Shown here: in pieces, positions 29,344-39,137 of the stretch | How positions within the stretch are numbered: position 1 is the first letter of the stretch | How the letters are laid out: each line of letters opens with the position of its first letter | Assembly (NCBI GenBank): GCA_963555995.3 | Contig: OY821641.1 | Location: forward strand, 1,792,001 to 1,856,000 | Source: Vicinamibacteria bacterium | Lineage (GTDB): Bacteria; Acidobacteriota; Vicinamibacteria; Marinacidobacterales; Marinacidobacteraceae | Direction of reading: 5' to 3' | DNA: 64,000 nucleotides | Notes under the pieces: model-generated | Database searches by the model: none | What the model was told of the DNA's origin: nothing | What the model saw: the letters and a program-made list of their open reading frames with translations, nothing else | Position numbers and translations under genes: made by a program

Positions 29344-32300
29344 ATGGCGTGGGGCGCTCGTATGATCCGGCGCTGCATGGGGAACTCGACCGCGCCGCCG
29401 TCCCGGAGCGTCCGCGTCCGTCGGTTCCGTGACTGGCGGGGGCTGCGCTCCCACCTCGCCGAGGAGGCGCGGCGGGACGCGGGGGGGCTGCTCCTGCTCA
29501 CCGCGACCGACGGCGCGCGCGCCGCGCTCGAGGACGCCGTCCGGCGGCGGCTGCTCGCGGGTCGCGGGGACGCGGCGCGGCTTCCGGCGGTGCGCACCCC
29601 GGCGCTCGCGGTGGCCGACCTCCTCCAGCGCAGCGACCCGCCGGGAACGCTCGCCACCCCGCTGGCGCGCTCGCTGATGATGGAGAACGCGCTGCTCGCG
29701 CACCAGCACGCGGACGGCGCGCCGCGGGGGAATCCGCTGCGGCTCGCCGGACCGCTGCTCGGGTTCCTCGACGAGCAGGCGCGCGACCGCAGGGTGGAAC
29801 CGGGCCGCCCGGCGTTCGGGGCGCTGCTCCGGCGCGCGGCGCGGACCTTCGGCGAACACCGGGAGGCGGACGCCGGCGCCGAACGCCTGTCCCGGCTCAC
29901 CGGCTGGCTGGAAGCGGTCCACGCGAGCTACCTCGAGCAGTTGCGGGCCTCCGGCGCGCTGGACCTCGACCGGGCGCGCCGCCGCCTCCTCGACGCGCCC
30001 CCGGAGTCGCCGTGGTCGGAGGTCCGGGCGGTCGGCGACCAGGCCACCGGGCTCGCCGACAACCACCTCTTCGGGAGCCTGCTCCCGGCCGGGCGGCTCC
30101 ACTTCCTCCTCCTCGAGGACGACCCGACCCCGGAGCTTCCCGACGGATGGACCGCCGCCGAGGAAACCGCCGCGCCGGCGGCGACAGCCGGGTCACCGAC
30201 GCTGTTCGTACCCGCCGCGCCCGAACCCGACGAGCCGTTCCTGTTCCGCCGCACCGACCGCGCCGGGGAAGCCCAGGCCGCGGTGGCGCTGCTGCGGCGC
30301 TACCACCAGCGGTCGGGGCTGGGCTTCGCCGGCTTCGACCGCTGCGCCGTCGCCGCCCGGAACCCGGCCGCCGTCGTGGAGGCGCTCGCCGCGCGCCTGA
30401 CCGAGGCGGGCGTCCCCTTCCAGACGCGGGTCCGCCCCTCGCTCGCCGAGGAGCCGTGGCCCGCCGGCCTCGACGACGCCCTCGCCTTCGCGGAGCGCCC
30501 CGGCCGCCTCTCGACCGGCATGGCGCTGCTGCGGAGCCCGTTCTTCCGGGACGACCGGCTCCCGCTGCCGCCGGGCCGGCTCGCGGACCTCGCGGAGTCC
30601 CGCCTCGCCGAGGCGGACATCCCGAACACCCACGACCCCGACGGCCTCGAAGCGCTGGCGGGAACGGTGCGGCGGCTCGCGGACGACCGCCTCGCCGAGG
30701 CCCGCCGGAAGGCGGCGGACGGCGCCGACGAGGGGGGCGCCCGCCGCGAGGAACGGGCGGGCCGGGAACTCGGGCTGGCGGCCGATGCGGTGGCGCGCTT
30801 CGCCGCCTACGCCCGCGCGCTCGCCCCGATCCGGGACGGCGCCACGCCTTTCCGGACCGCGGTGCGGGCGTTTGCCGCGTTCGTCACCGACCACTTCGCG
30901 GAGGCCCCGGACGACCGGGCGCTCGAAGCGCTCCGCCAGGCGGCGGACCCGGCGCTCCCGGACACCCCGGTCGGGGACCCGGCGCGCTTCCGCGACCGGG
31001 TCCGCCGACAGCTCCGCCGCCAGGAGGCGACCCGCTACCCGGGCCGCTCCGGGGTCCACCTCATCGCCGCCGAGGACGCCCCGTTCGGCGACTACGACTG
31101 CCTGCTGCTGCTCGGCGTCGGCGACGCCGACTGGCCCGGCCCCCGCCCCGGCAACATCTTCTTCCCGACCCGCGTCCTGGAACCCGCCACCCGGCGGCGC
31201 TTCGCGGACGCCCGCGGCCGCGAGGCGCGCCTCCTCGGTTCCTTCGCCGGACTGGCGGGCGAGGCGGCCGGATTCACCCGCGCCGAACTGGAGGACGGGT
31301 TCCCGGCGGGGGCGTCACCCCTCGCCTCCGTCCTCGGCTCGAAGCTGGAAACGGTCCCGGAACCGGTCCCGGTCGCGCTTGCGGAGGACTCCGCCGCCAG
31401 CGCGGCCGCCCCCCTGCCCGCGCGCCTCGCCCGCGCCGCGCCGGGCGCGGTGGATCTCGCGGCCCGCCCCCTGTCCCCGTCGGCGCTCGTCCTCTACGCC
31501 CGGAACCCCGCGCAGTACTTCCTCGAACGGGTGCTGCGCCTCCAGCGGGAAGAAGCGCTCACCGACACCGGGTCGCGGACCGCGCGCGGCAGCCGGCTGC
31601 ACCGGCTGATGGAGGAAGCGGTCCCGGCCTTCGCCCGCGAGCACGGCCCGCTCGCGGAAGACAACCTCGACGCCGCCCTCGCCTTCTTCCGCGACCGCTG
31701 GCGGACGCCCAACGACCCGGCGCTGACTCCGGAGGTGCGCGCGGCGGAGGAGCTCTGGCTCTTCGGCGGCGACTCGCATCCGGGGGCGCTCGAATGGTTC
31801 CTCCGCGAGGAAGCCAGCCGGGGTCCGAGCACCCCCATCCACCACGAGACGATGCTGGAGGGAACGGTGGAGCCCGCCAACGACCACCGGCCCCCGCTCC
31901 GCGTCCGGGGGTACGTGGACCGGGTGGACGAGGGGCCGGACGGCGGGCTCCGGGTCATGGAATACAAGTCGGGCTCCTCCGCCGGCCGCGACGAGGCCTT
32001 CCTGCAGGCCCGGCTCTACGCCCGCCTCGCCGGGGGCGGCGCGTCGGCGGAGATCGCCGTCCCCTTCTTCCGCGACCGGGTCTGGGGCGAACCCGACAAG
32101 CCGGACGAACTCGACGAGAAGATCCGCGAGGCGCGCGACGGGCTCGCCGACGGGGAGTTCCCGGTCCCCGAGAACGAGATCAAGTCCTTCGACTGGCCGC
32201 TCGCCATCCGCCCCGACCTCCCGGATGCCGCTCCGGCGCGCGCCCGTCCCGTCCCGGCGCCGCCGCCGGGGGCGCCGCCCCCCGCTCCCCCGGCGGCGAC

Positions 32301-34965
32301 CTTCCGCCCCGGCGACCACGACCAGCGGGTCGCCGCCGGCGACCCGAAGCGCCACGTGGTGCTGCGCGCCTCGGCGGGGACCGGAAAGACGACCGTGCTC
32401 ACCGAGCGCTACCGGAACCTGGTGCGCGCGGGCGTCCCGCCCCGGCACATCCTGGCGCTCACCTTCACCCGCAAGGCGGCGGCGGAGATGAAGGAACGCA
32501 TCGTGAAGCGGCTCGCGGGCGCAGACGTCGAGGGGAACCCGGACCTCGCCGAGGTCGGGGTCTCCACCCTCGACGCCTTCAACCTCGGCCTCATCCGGGA
32601 GTTCCCCCTCGACGCGGGCGTCGCGCCCGGGGTCGAGGTGCTCGACGAACGCGAGATGCCGGTGCTCCAGCAGGAGGCGGTCGAGCGGGTGCTGAGCGGC
32701 GCGACCGGTTTCGACCGCCGGACGCTGGCGGAGCTCCCGCTCCTCGGGCGGAGCCTCTCCCGGCTCGACGAGATCGCGAAGACCTTCCTCGACAACCGGC
32801 TGACCTGGCGCGACACCTTCGAGGAGGAGGCCGGACGGCGCGCCCGCCGGTCCAGCTCCGGGCAGCCGGTGCTGCGGGAGCGGTTCGGCCCGGTCGCGGA
32901 CGAGGTCGGCCGGTTCCTCGGCGGCTACGGCGGGCCGGTGCCGCTGCCCGTCCGGCTCGCGCTCCGGCTCGCGCCCCGCCCCCCGTCCGGGGACGCGCTC
33001 GACCGGGAGTTCCTGACCGGCTGGCTGCGGCCGGACCTCAAGACCGCCCCCCGGGGCGCCGCCGGCCTGGTGAAGCCGGTGGGCCCCGAGTACCAGCGCC
33101 TGAAGGCGGTGCTCCGGGATTTCAACCTCGACTGGCGGGACGCGCTGAACGAGCGCACCTTCGGCCCCGTCTGGGAACTGCTCCAGGCGGTCGAGTCGGA
33201 GTACGACGCCCTCAAGGAGGACCGGGGGGTGATGGACTTCGACGACCTGACGAGCCGCGCCACCCGGCTGCTGCGGAACACCGGCGAGTTCGCCGAGAGC
33301 CGTTTCCGGCTGGAGGCCCGCTACCACCACCTGCTGCTCGACGAGTTCCAGGACACCAGCGACCCGCAGTGGCGGCTGCTCCGCGCCATCGCCGAGCCGT
33401 GGACCCACGGCGAGGGCCTCGCGGCGGAGGAGGTCCGGAAGGTCACCAGGGGACGGCTGCGCGAACCCACCCTCTTCGTGGTCGGGGACCACAAGCAGTC
33501 CATCTACCGCTTCCGGAACGCCCGCGTGGAGATCCTCGGCGGCGCCGAGGCCTGGATCGGCAGGGCGTTCCGCACCCGGCCCCGGAACGTGCTGTCGTGG
33601 AACTTCCGCTCCCGCGCGCCGCTCCGGCGCTTCGTGAACGACGTGGCGGGCGCGGTCGCGGAGGCGGACGCGGCGACCGAAGGGGACTGGCGGTTCCGCT
33701 ACGACGGGGAAAACGACCGGTTCCCGGAGGAGCCCGGGCCGGAAGAGGACGCCCCCGGCGGGGAGGGCGCGGCGACCCCGAGCGCCCTCGCCGTATCGGT
33801 CGCGGAATACGACGAAGAGGCCGCGAAACACGACCGGGACGCACACCACAAGGAGGCCGCCCGACGGGTGGCGGCGCGCATCCAGGCGCTCGCCGACGGG
33901 GGCGTGCGGCTCGACGACATCGCGATCCTCGCGCGGGTGAGCACGCGGCTTTCCCTGTACCGCGAAGCGGTGGAGGGGCGCGGCCTGCCCACCTACCTCG
34001 TGCGGGGCGCCGGCTTCTTCGAGACCTCCGAGGTGCGCGACCTGACGGCGCTCGCCCGCTTCCTCGCCCGCCCCGCCTCGGACCTCCGGGCGGTGGAGCT
34101 GCTGCGGTCGCGGTTCTTCGCGGTCCCGGCGGCGGCGCTCGCCGCGCTCCGGGCGGCGGACCCGTCCGCCGACACGCCGTTCAGCGACCTCCTGCGGGGC
34201 GGCGGCGCGATCCCGGGCGACCTCCCGCCCCCGGACGCGGCGGCGCTCCGGGAGGCCGGGGAACGCGCGGCGGCGTGGATCGCCCTCTCCCGCCGCCTGC
34301 CCCCCTCGCTCGCGGTACGGCGGATCCTCGCGGACACCGGCTACCTGGCGCGGGCGCGCGCGGCGGATGGCGGCGGCTTCGCCGGCCGGCAGCAGGCGGC
34401 CAACGTGGAGCGGGCGCTCCAGCACGTGCAGCGGGTCGAGCGGAGCGGCTTCGCCACCTTCGCGGCGGTGGCGCGCCACCTCGAATCCGCCGCCGCGAAC
34501 GGCCACGACGCCACCCAGGCGCCGCTCCGCGCGGCGGGAGCGGTCCAGGTGCTGACCATCCACGCGGCCAAGGGGCTCGAGTACGAACAGGTCTTCCTCG
34601 TGGACCTGAACGCCCGGACCCGCGGCCCCGGGGGCGGCCTCCGGGTGCAGGAAGGCGACGACGGCCGCTGGAGCATCGCCCTGGTCGCGGAGTCGAGCGA
34701 CTGGGAGATCCGCGACGGGGGACGCAGCAGCGCGGAGGAGCGGCGCTGCCTCTACGTCGGCATGACCCGGGCGAAGCGCGGCCTCACGCTCTCGGGGACC
34801 ACGCGGTTCACCGCGAAGGGGGCGCCCGGGAAGGCCCAGGGGCTCGCCGGCTACCTCCCGCCCGACCTGTGGCTCGCCGCCGCGAGCACCGCCAGGGAGC
34901 CCCGTCCCGAGATCGCGTGGAAACGCCACCGGCTCGCGGTGCTGCCCCCGTCGGACTCCGGGTGA
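29344..34965 (+). CDS. Fused AddB-AddA (RecB-like) helicase-nuclease
   Basis: AddB-like N-half with nuclease motifs LSPSAL...RGSRLH...RGYVDRVD...EYKSG...QARLY; Pro-rich linker; UvrD motifs ASAGTGKT, LTFTRKAAAEM, LLDEFQDT, VGDHKQSIYRFR, NFRS, LTIHAAKGLE, LYVGMTRAK. Start may be 29362 or 29377. Confidence 0.88.
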   Translation: MAWGARMIRRCMGNSTAPPSRSVRVRRFRDWRGLRSHLAEEARRDAGGLLLLTATDGARAALEDAVRRRLLAGRGDAARLPAVRTPALAVADLLQRSDPPGTLATPLARSLMMENALLAHQHADGAPRGNPLRLAGPLLGFLDEQARDRRVEPGRPAFGALLRRAARTFGEHREADAGAERLSRLTGWLEAVHASYLEQLRASGALDLDRARRRLLDAPPESPWSEVRAVGDQATGLADNHLFGSLLPAGRLHFLLLEDDPTPELPDGWTAAEETAAPAATAGSPTLFVPAAPEPDEPFLFRRTDRAGEAQAAVALLRRYHQRSGLGFAGFDRCAVAARNPAAVVEALAARLTEAGVPFQTRVRPSLAEEPWPAGLDDALAFAERPGRLSTGMALLRSPFFRDDRLPLPPGRLADLAESRLAEADIPNTHDPDGLEALAGTVRRLADDRLAEARRKAADGADEGGARREERAGRELGLAADAVARFAAYARALAPIRDGATPFRTAVRAFAAFVTDHFAEAPDDRALEALRQAADPALPDTPVGDPARFRDRVRRQLRRQEATRYPGRSGVHLIAAEDAPFGDYDCLLLLGVGDADWPGPRPGNIFFPTRVLEPATRRRFADARGREARLLGSFAGLAGEAAGFTRAELEDGFPAGASPLASVLGSKLETVPEPVPVALAEDSAASAAAPLPARLARAAPGAVDLAARPLSPSALVLYARNPAQYFLERVLRLQREEALTDTGSRTARGSRLHRLMEEAVPAFAREHGPLAEDNLDAALAFFRDRWRTPNDPALTPEVRAAEELWLFGGDSHPGALEWFLREEASRGPSTPIHHETMLEGTVEPANDHRPPLRVRGYVDRVDEGPDGGLRVMEYKSGSSAGRDEAFLQARLYARLAGGGASAEIAVPFFRDRVWGEPDKPDELDEKIREARDGLADGEFPVPENEIKSFDWPLAIRPDLPDAAPARARPVPAPPPGAPPPAPPAATFRPGDHDQRVAAGDPKRHVVLRASAGTGKTTVLTERYRNLVRAGVPPRHILALTFTRKAAAEMKERIVKRLAGADVEGNPDLAEVGVSTLDAFNLGLIREFPLDAGVAPGVEVLDEREMPVLQQEAVERVLSGATGFDRRTLAELPLLGRSLSRLDEIAKTFLDNRLTWRDTFEEEAGRRARRSSSGQPVLRERFGPVADEVGRFLGGYGGPVPLPVRLALRLAPRPPSGDALDREFLTGWLRPDLKTAPRGAAGLVKPVGPEYQRLKAVLRDFNLDWRDALNERTFGPVWELLQAVESEYDALKEDRGVMDFDDLTSRATRLLRNTGEFAESRFRLEARYHHLLLDEFQDTSDPQWRLLRAIAEPWTHGEGLAAEEVRKVTRGRLREPTLFVVGDHKQSIYRFRNARVEILGGAEAWIGRAFRTRPRNVLSWNFRSRAPLRRFVNDVAGAVAEADAATEGDWRFRYDGENDRFPEEPGPEEDAPGGEGAATPSALAVSVAEYDEEAAKHDRDAHHKEAARRVAARIQALADGGVRLDDIAILARVSTRLSLYREAVEGRGLPTYLVRGAGFFETSEVRDLTALARFLARPASDLRAVELLRSRFFAVPAAALAALRAADPSADTPFSDLLRGGGAIPGDLPPPDAAALREAGERAAAWIALSRRLPPSLAVRRILADTGYLARARAADGGGFAGRQQAANVERALQHVQRVERSGFATFAAVARHLESAAANGHDATQAPLRAAGAVQVLTIHAAKGLEYEQVFLVDLNARTRGPGGGLRVQEGDDGRWSIALVAESSDWEIRDGGRSSAEERRCLYVGMTRAKRGLTLSGTTRFTAKGAPGKAQGLAGYLPPDLWLAAASTAREPRPEIAWKRHRLAVLPPSDSG

Positions 34966-35519
34966 GCGCCCGCCGCCTCCTCGCCACCCGGCGGCTCGCC
35001 CACCTCCTGCTCGAACGCGCGGCGCGGGGGAGGCCGGCGGACCGCCAGCCGGATCGGGAAACGGCGGCCCGGCTGCTGGACCCGCGCCTCGCGCCCGGCG
35101 CCGAAACCCGGCGGCGGGTAATCGCCGAGGCGCTCGCCCTCGCCCGCGCCGCCGCGGCCGCCCTCGGCGGCGACGAACGGCTGGCGGGCGAACTGCGCAC
35201 GAACCTGCGCATCGCGCTCCGGGACCGGGAGGGCAAGCCGTTTTCGGTGCTGGCGCCGAGCGTGGTGCGGCGCGCCGACGGGACCGCGGCGGTGCTCGTC
35301 ATGGTCCCGGACGGCGACCGGGGCGCGGAGGCGCGGGCGCGCCGCTACCGCTTCGCGGTGGGACGCCTCACGAAGCGCCGGGCGGACGCCTTCCTGGTCC
35401 ACCCGGACGGAACCGTCGGGGAAGCGCCCGTCAGTCGCAGCGGACCGCGCGGGGCGGCGTATCCAGACAGAGGATGTTCGCCGTCCGGCCGTCCGCGATC
35501 CGGGCGCAGGCCCCGGTGA
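34962..35519 (+). CDS. Degenerate RecB/AddA-type nuclease-like domain encoded as a separate ORF
   Basis: GTG overlaps the upstream TGA; RRLAHLLLE...VVRRADGTAAVLV...ARARRYRFAVGRL follows the GxxxH...D...DYK...QLxxY layout without the acidic/Lys residues. Confidence 0.55.
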   Translation: MSARRLLATRRLAHLLLERAARGRPADRQPDRETAARLLDPRLAPGAETRRRVIAEALALARAAAAALGGDERLAGELRTNLRIALRDREGKPFSVLAPSVVRRADGTAAVLVMVPDGDRGAEARARRYRFAVGRLTKRRADAFLVHPDGTVGEAPVSRSGPRGAAYPDRGCSPSGRPRSGRRPR

Positions 35520-35706
35520 TCGCGGCGCGGATCGCGTCGGCCTCGGTGGCGCCCTGGGCGGTCACGGTGGCCTCGCGGCCCGCCATCTCCATGGTGACTT
35601 CGCAACGCGCCTCTCCCATCGTCAGGGTGGAAACCACGAGGAAGACGACCAGCAGGGCGAAGAGCCCGAAGACGAGCCAGCCGATCCGGCGGATCCGGGG
35701 GTTCAT
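35431..35706 (-). CDS. Small membrane-anchored protein with four Cys
   Basis: MNPRIRRIGWLVFGLF... TM; CEV...GACA...C...VRCD; ATG overlaps the upstream stop. Confidence 0.7.
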   Translation of the reverse strand: MNPRIRRIGWLVFGLFALLVVFLVVSTLTMGEARCEVTMEMAGREATVTAQGATEADAIRAAITGACARIADGRTANILCLDTPPRAVRCD

Positions 35707-36608
35707 GCCGCGGCCCGCACCAGCGGCCGGGTCAGGCAGGTGGGGCCGCCCGAGCCGTTCTGGCTGATCTCGCCGCCCTCGTAGGTCAGCACCTCGAAGC
35801 CGGCGTCGCGCATCCGGACGTTCGTCCCGCGGTTGGCGGCGATGGCCAGGAGCGTCCGTTCCCCGAGGGCCAGCACGTTCGCCGCCATGGTCTCCCGCTC
35901 CTCCTCCACGATGGGGACGAAGTCGAACCCCCTTCCCTTCAGCATCTCCACCGTGGGAACGCCGAGGAACCGCAGGTCGGCCACCATCGTCCGGGAGTCG
36001 AGCACGCTGATCAGCGACATCAGGTGGAGGCAGGCGTGCGGCCCTTCGCCGAACGGCAGAGGCACGGAGATCACCTCCACACCGTCCTCCGCGAGGATTC
36101 GGCCGAGCTGCGCGATGCCCGCCGCGTTCGTGCGGTAGCCCTCTCCCGCCAGCAGGGTGTGTTCGTCGAGCCAGACCAGGTCGCCGCCCTCGGCGAGCCC
36201 CGGCGCCTCGACGGCGCCGATCACCGGAATCCCCTGCCCCTCGTAGATCCGGGCGTGCGCCGCAGGTTCGCCGCTCCGGCTCCCCTTGCCCATCCGCATC
36301 AGGATCATGCCCCTTCGTGACGGAAACGAGGCATCGTGGCAATAGACGGCGTCCGGGCTCAGCCCCCGGAGAGGTTCGTCCGGCTCCACGATATCCACCC
36401 CGCGCCCGACCAGCAGCGACCGGATCGCGTCGTGCTGGCGAACCGCCGCCTCCGGCGCGGGCGCATGCAGATACCCGATCTCCCGCCAGCCCGCGCCGGG
36501 CTCCCACCCGGCAACCCGCGGCCCGATCAGCAGCGCCCGCCGGAGCCTCCCGCACATGCTCGGGGCGCCGAGCGGCACGGAAGTCGGGGCGGTCGCAAGC
36601 GGCGTCAT
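35703..36608 (-). CDS. Amidinotransferase/dimethylargininase (pentein) family enzyme
   Basis: DAVYCHD, EGGD, RTN, CLHLMS, C-terminal GSGGPTCLTRPL. Confidence 0.88.
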   Translation of the reverse strand: MTPLATAPTSVPLGAPSMCGRLRRALLIGPRVAGWEPGAGWREIGYLHAPAPEAAVRQHDAIRSLLVGRGVDIVEPDEPLRGLSPDAVYCHDASFPSRRGMILMRMGKGSRSGEPAAHARIYEGQGIPVIGAVEAPGLAEGGDLVWLDEHTLLAGEGYRTNAAGIAQLGRILAEDGVEVISVPLPFGEGPHACLHLMSLISVLDSRTMVADLRFLGVPTVEMLKGRGFDFVPIVEEERETMAANVLALGERTLLAIAANRGTNVRMRDAGFEVLTYEGGEISQNGSGGPTCLTRPLVRAAA

Positions 36609-36701
36609 CGGCTGGACGGCGGGGAGCCTATCGTGGGCTGATTCACCCACCTGACCGTCAAGTGTCGCATTTGATGTCACTAGAGATGCCCAATTGATAC
36701 C

Positions 36702-37277
36702 ATGAGCGTCCTGGAGATGACACCGGTAGCAACGTCCCTCCCGTCCGGACGATTCGTCCTGCGGATGCCTCCACCCCTGCACGAGTTGCTGCGTGGCGAA
36801 TCGAAGGCTGCCGGATTGTCGTTGAACGAGTACTGCGTCCGCCGGCTCACAACCGGCGGCTTGGTGGAAGAGGATGCCGTGACCCTCGTTTCGCGCTGCA
36901 CCTCGGTCCTGGGGGGCGGCTTCGCCGCCCTCCTCCTGCACGGATCCTGGGTGCGCGGCGACGCCTCGGCGGGCTCGGATGTGGACGCGCTGATCGTGGT
37001 GCGCCCCGAGGTCGCGCTCGACCGGTCGCTCTACCGGGAATGGGACGCGCAGCCCCTGCGCTGGCGTGGCCTGCCCGTGGATCCCCACTTCGTCCACCTG
37101 CCGGCCCCGGACACCTTCAGCGGGCTGTGGGCCGAGGTGGCGACCCACGGCCTGACCCTCTTCGATCGGGACGGGCAGCTTGGCTTGCACCTCGCGCGTG
37201 TCCGGAGCGCGATTGCCGACGGTCGGCTGCGGCGGCGTTTCGCCCACGGCCAGCCCTACTGGGCGGGGGCCGCGTAG
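36702..37277 (+). CDS. HicB-type RHH fused to a minimal nucleotidyltransferase (MNT)
   Basis: SGRFVLRMPPPLH...GLSLNEY; HGSWVRGDASAGSDVD (GSx10DxD). Confidence 0.8.
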   Translation: MSVLEMTPVATSLPSGRFVLRMPPPLHELLRGESKAAGLSLNEYCVRRLTTGGLVEEDAVTLVSRCTSVLGGGFAALLLHGSWVRGDASAGSDVDALIVVRPEVALDRSLYREWDAQPLRWRGLPVDPHFVHLPAPDTFSGLWAEVATHGLTLFDRDGQLGLHLARVRSAIADGRLRRRFAHGQPYWAGAA

Positions 37278-37690
37278 TGCGGAACCCGGCGCTCGCTGCG
37301 GACCACCTGCGCCGCGCGGAAGGCCGCCTCATCGCGATCCGTGCCCTCCATGAGGCCCAGCATTGGGCCGATGTCGTCCGGCAATCCCAGGAAGCCGTGG
37401 AACTCGCGCTCAAGGGACTCCTCCGCGCTTCCGGCGTGGACCCTCCCCGCATCCACGACGTCGCCGACGTTCTGGAAGCCGAACGGGACCGCCTGCCCGA
37501 ATCGCTGATGGAGGATCTCCCTCGCCTTGCGGCTGCCTCGCGCAGCCTGCGACGGGATCGGGAACTCGCTGTGTACGGCGCCGATGACCTGACGCCCTCG
37601 GTGTTCTATCGCCGCGAGGACGCCGACGAGGCCTGGAGTACCGCGCGTTTCGTCGTGGAACGCGTGCGTCCCCTCGTCCCCGGCGACTGA
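37277..37690 (+). CDS. HEPN domain protein
   Basis: QEAVELALKGLL, PPRIHDV, RELAVYG; GTG overlaps the MNT stop. Confidence 0.85.
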   Translation: MRNPALAADHLRRAEGRLIAIRALHEAQHWADVVRQSQEAVELALKGLLRASGVDPPRIHDVADVLEAERDRLPESLMEDLPRLAAASRSLRRDRELAVYGADDLTPSVFYRREDADEAWSTARFVVERVRPLVPGD

Positions 37691-37758
37691 GCGTCCCGCA
37701 GCCGTAGCGGCCCCGCGCCGGCCCGGATATGCTCGGCGGCCCGGAGGTCGCCCGCCCG

Positions 37759-39063
37759 ATGTTCACCCGCTCCACGCTGTCGAAACTCCTCGTCGCCGCC
37801 CTGCTCGCCCTCGGCGTGGGCGCCTGCGCCTCCGAGCCGCCGCCGTTGCCGGGCGTGACCGCGTTCACCGGCGCCACCCTCTGGGACGGCGCCGGAGGCG
37901 CGGCGGTCGAGAACGCGGTCATGGTCGTGGACCACGGACGCATCGCGGCCGTGGGGTCGGCGGACGAGGTGGAAGTCCCGCCCGGCGCCGCGGTGGAGGA
38001 CCTCGCCGGCAAGACCGTGGTGCCGGGCCTCATCAACGCCCACGCCCACGCGAGCGACGTGATGGGGCTGGAGACCGGCCACTACGGCCGGGAGAACCTG
38101 ATCCGCCAGCTCGGCCTTTACGCCCGCTACGGGGTCACCAGCGTGGCCTCGCTGGGCGGGGACGGCCCCGAGGCTGCGGCGCTCCGCGACGAGCAGGACG
38201 ACGGCCTCGACCGCGCCCGGATCTGGATCGCCGGCGAGGTCATTTCGAGCGGCACCCCCGAAGAGGCCGCCGAATCGGTGGCCCGGAGCCTCGCGCTGCC
38301 CGCCGACTTCCTGAAGATGCGGGTGGACACCAACCTCGGCGCGAACGAGCGCGTCTCCTCGGAGACCATCGAGAAGGTGATGGAACTCGGCCGGGAAGCC
38401 GGAAAGATGGTCACGACCCACATCTTCTACCTCGACGACGCCAAGGAGGTACTGCGGGCCGGGTCCGGCCTCATCGCCCACAGCGTGCGGGACCAGCCGG
38501 TGGACGAGGAGTTCCTCGAGCTGATGAAGGAGAAGGACGTCTGCTACGTCCCCACCCTGGTGCGGGAGATCTCCACCTACGTCTATGCCGAGGTGCCCGA
38601 GTTCTTCGACGACCCGTTCTTCCTGAAGGACGCCGATCCCGCGGTGCTGGAAGCGCTCCAGGATCCCGAGCGCATGGAGCGCGTGGCGAACAGCCGTTCC
38701 GCGCAGGGCTACCGCGAGCACTACCCCATCGCGATGGCGAACACGAAGGCGGTGGCCGACGCCGGGGTCACGATCGCGTTCGGCACCGATACCGGGCCGC
38801 CGGGCCGCTTCCAGGGTTACTTCGAGCACATCGAGGCGGGCGAGATGGCCGAGGCCGGCCTCAGCGCCGAGCAGATCCTGATGTCGGCCACCGGCGACGC
38901 GGCGGCCTGCCTCGCCCTTGACGGCGTCGGGACCCTGACCGCCGGGAACTGGGCCGACTTCATCGTGCTGGACGAGAGCCCGCTGGAAGACATCGCGAAC
39001 CTGCGGTCCATCGCCCGGGTGGTGATCGCCGGGAACACCGTCCCCGGCAGCGCCGGCGAGTGA
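37759..39063 (+). CDS. Amidohydrolase-family lipoprotein
   Basis: Lipobox GVGAC; VVPGLINAHAH, FGTDTG, GTLTAGNWADFIVLD. Confidence 0.88.
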   Translation: MFTRSTLSKLLVAALLALGVGACASEPPPLPGVTAFTGATLWDGAGGAAVENAVMVVDHGRIAAVGSADEVEVPPGAAVEDLAGKTVVPGLINAHAHASDVMGLETGHYGRENLIRQLGLYARYGVTSVASLGGDGPEAAALRDEQDDGLDRARIWIAGEVISSGTPEEAAESVARSLALPADFLKMRVDTNLGANERVSSETIEKVMELGREAGKMVTTHIFYLDDAKEVLRAGSGLIAHSVRDQPVDEEFLELMKEKDVCYVPTLVREISTYVYAEVPEFFDDPFFLKDADPAVLEALQDPERMERVANSRSAQGYREHYPIAMANTKAVADAGVTIAFGTDTGPPGRFQGYFEHIEAGEMAEAGLSAEQILMSATGDAAACLALDGVGTLTAGNWADFIVLDESPLEDIANLRSIARVVIAGNTVPGSAGE

Positions 39064-39097
39064 CCTCCGGCGGGATTCCTTCCCTCGCCCGCGGTCG

Positions 39098-39137
39098 TGA
39101 TGTGTTGATGACGTCTTGATGATGCTATGATGCGTCC
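39098..39137 (+). promoter_or_regulatory. vapBC promoter/operator, probably leaderless
   Basis: Repeated TGATG; extended -10 TGCTATGAT 6 nt before ATG 39138. Confidence 0.5.

Noticed and set aside
30012-34961. 1835-aa overlapping ORF (and antisense 31315-34929)
   Set aside because: Arg/Pro/Gly-rich shadow frames of the AddB-AddA gene; only the part from 34962 looks protein-like
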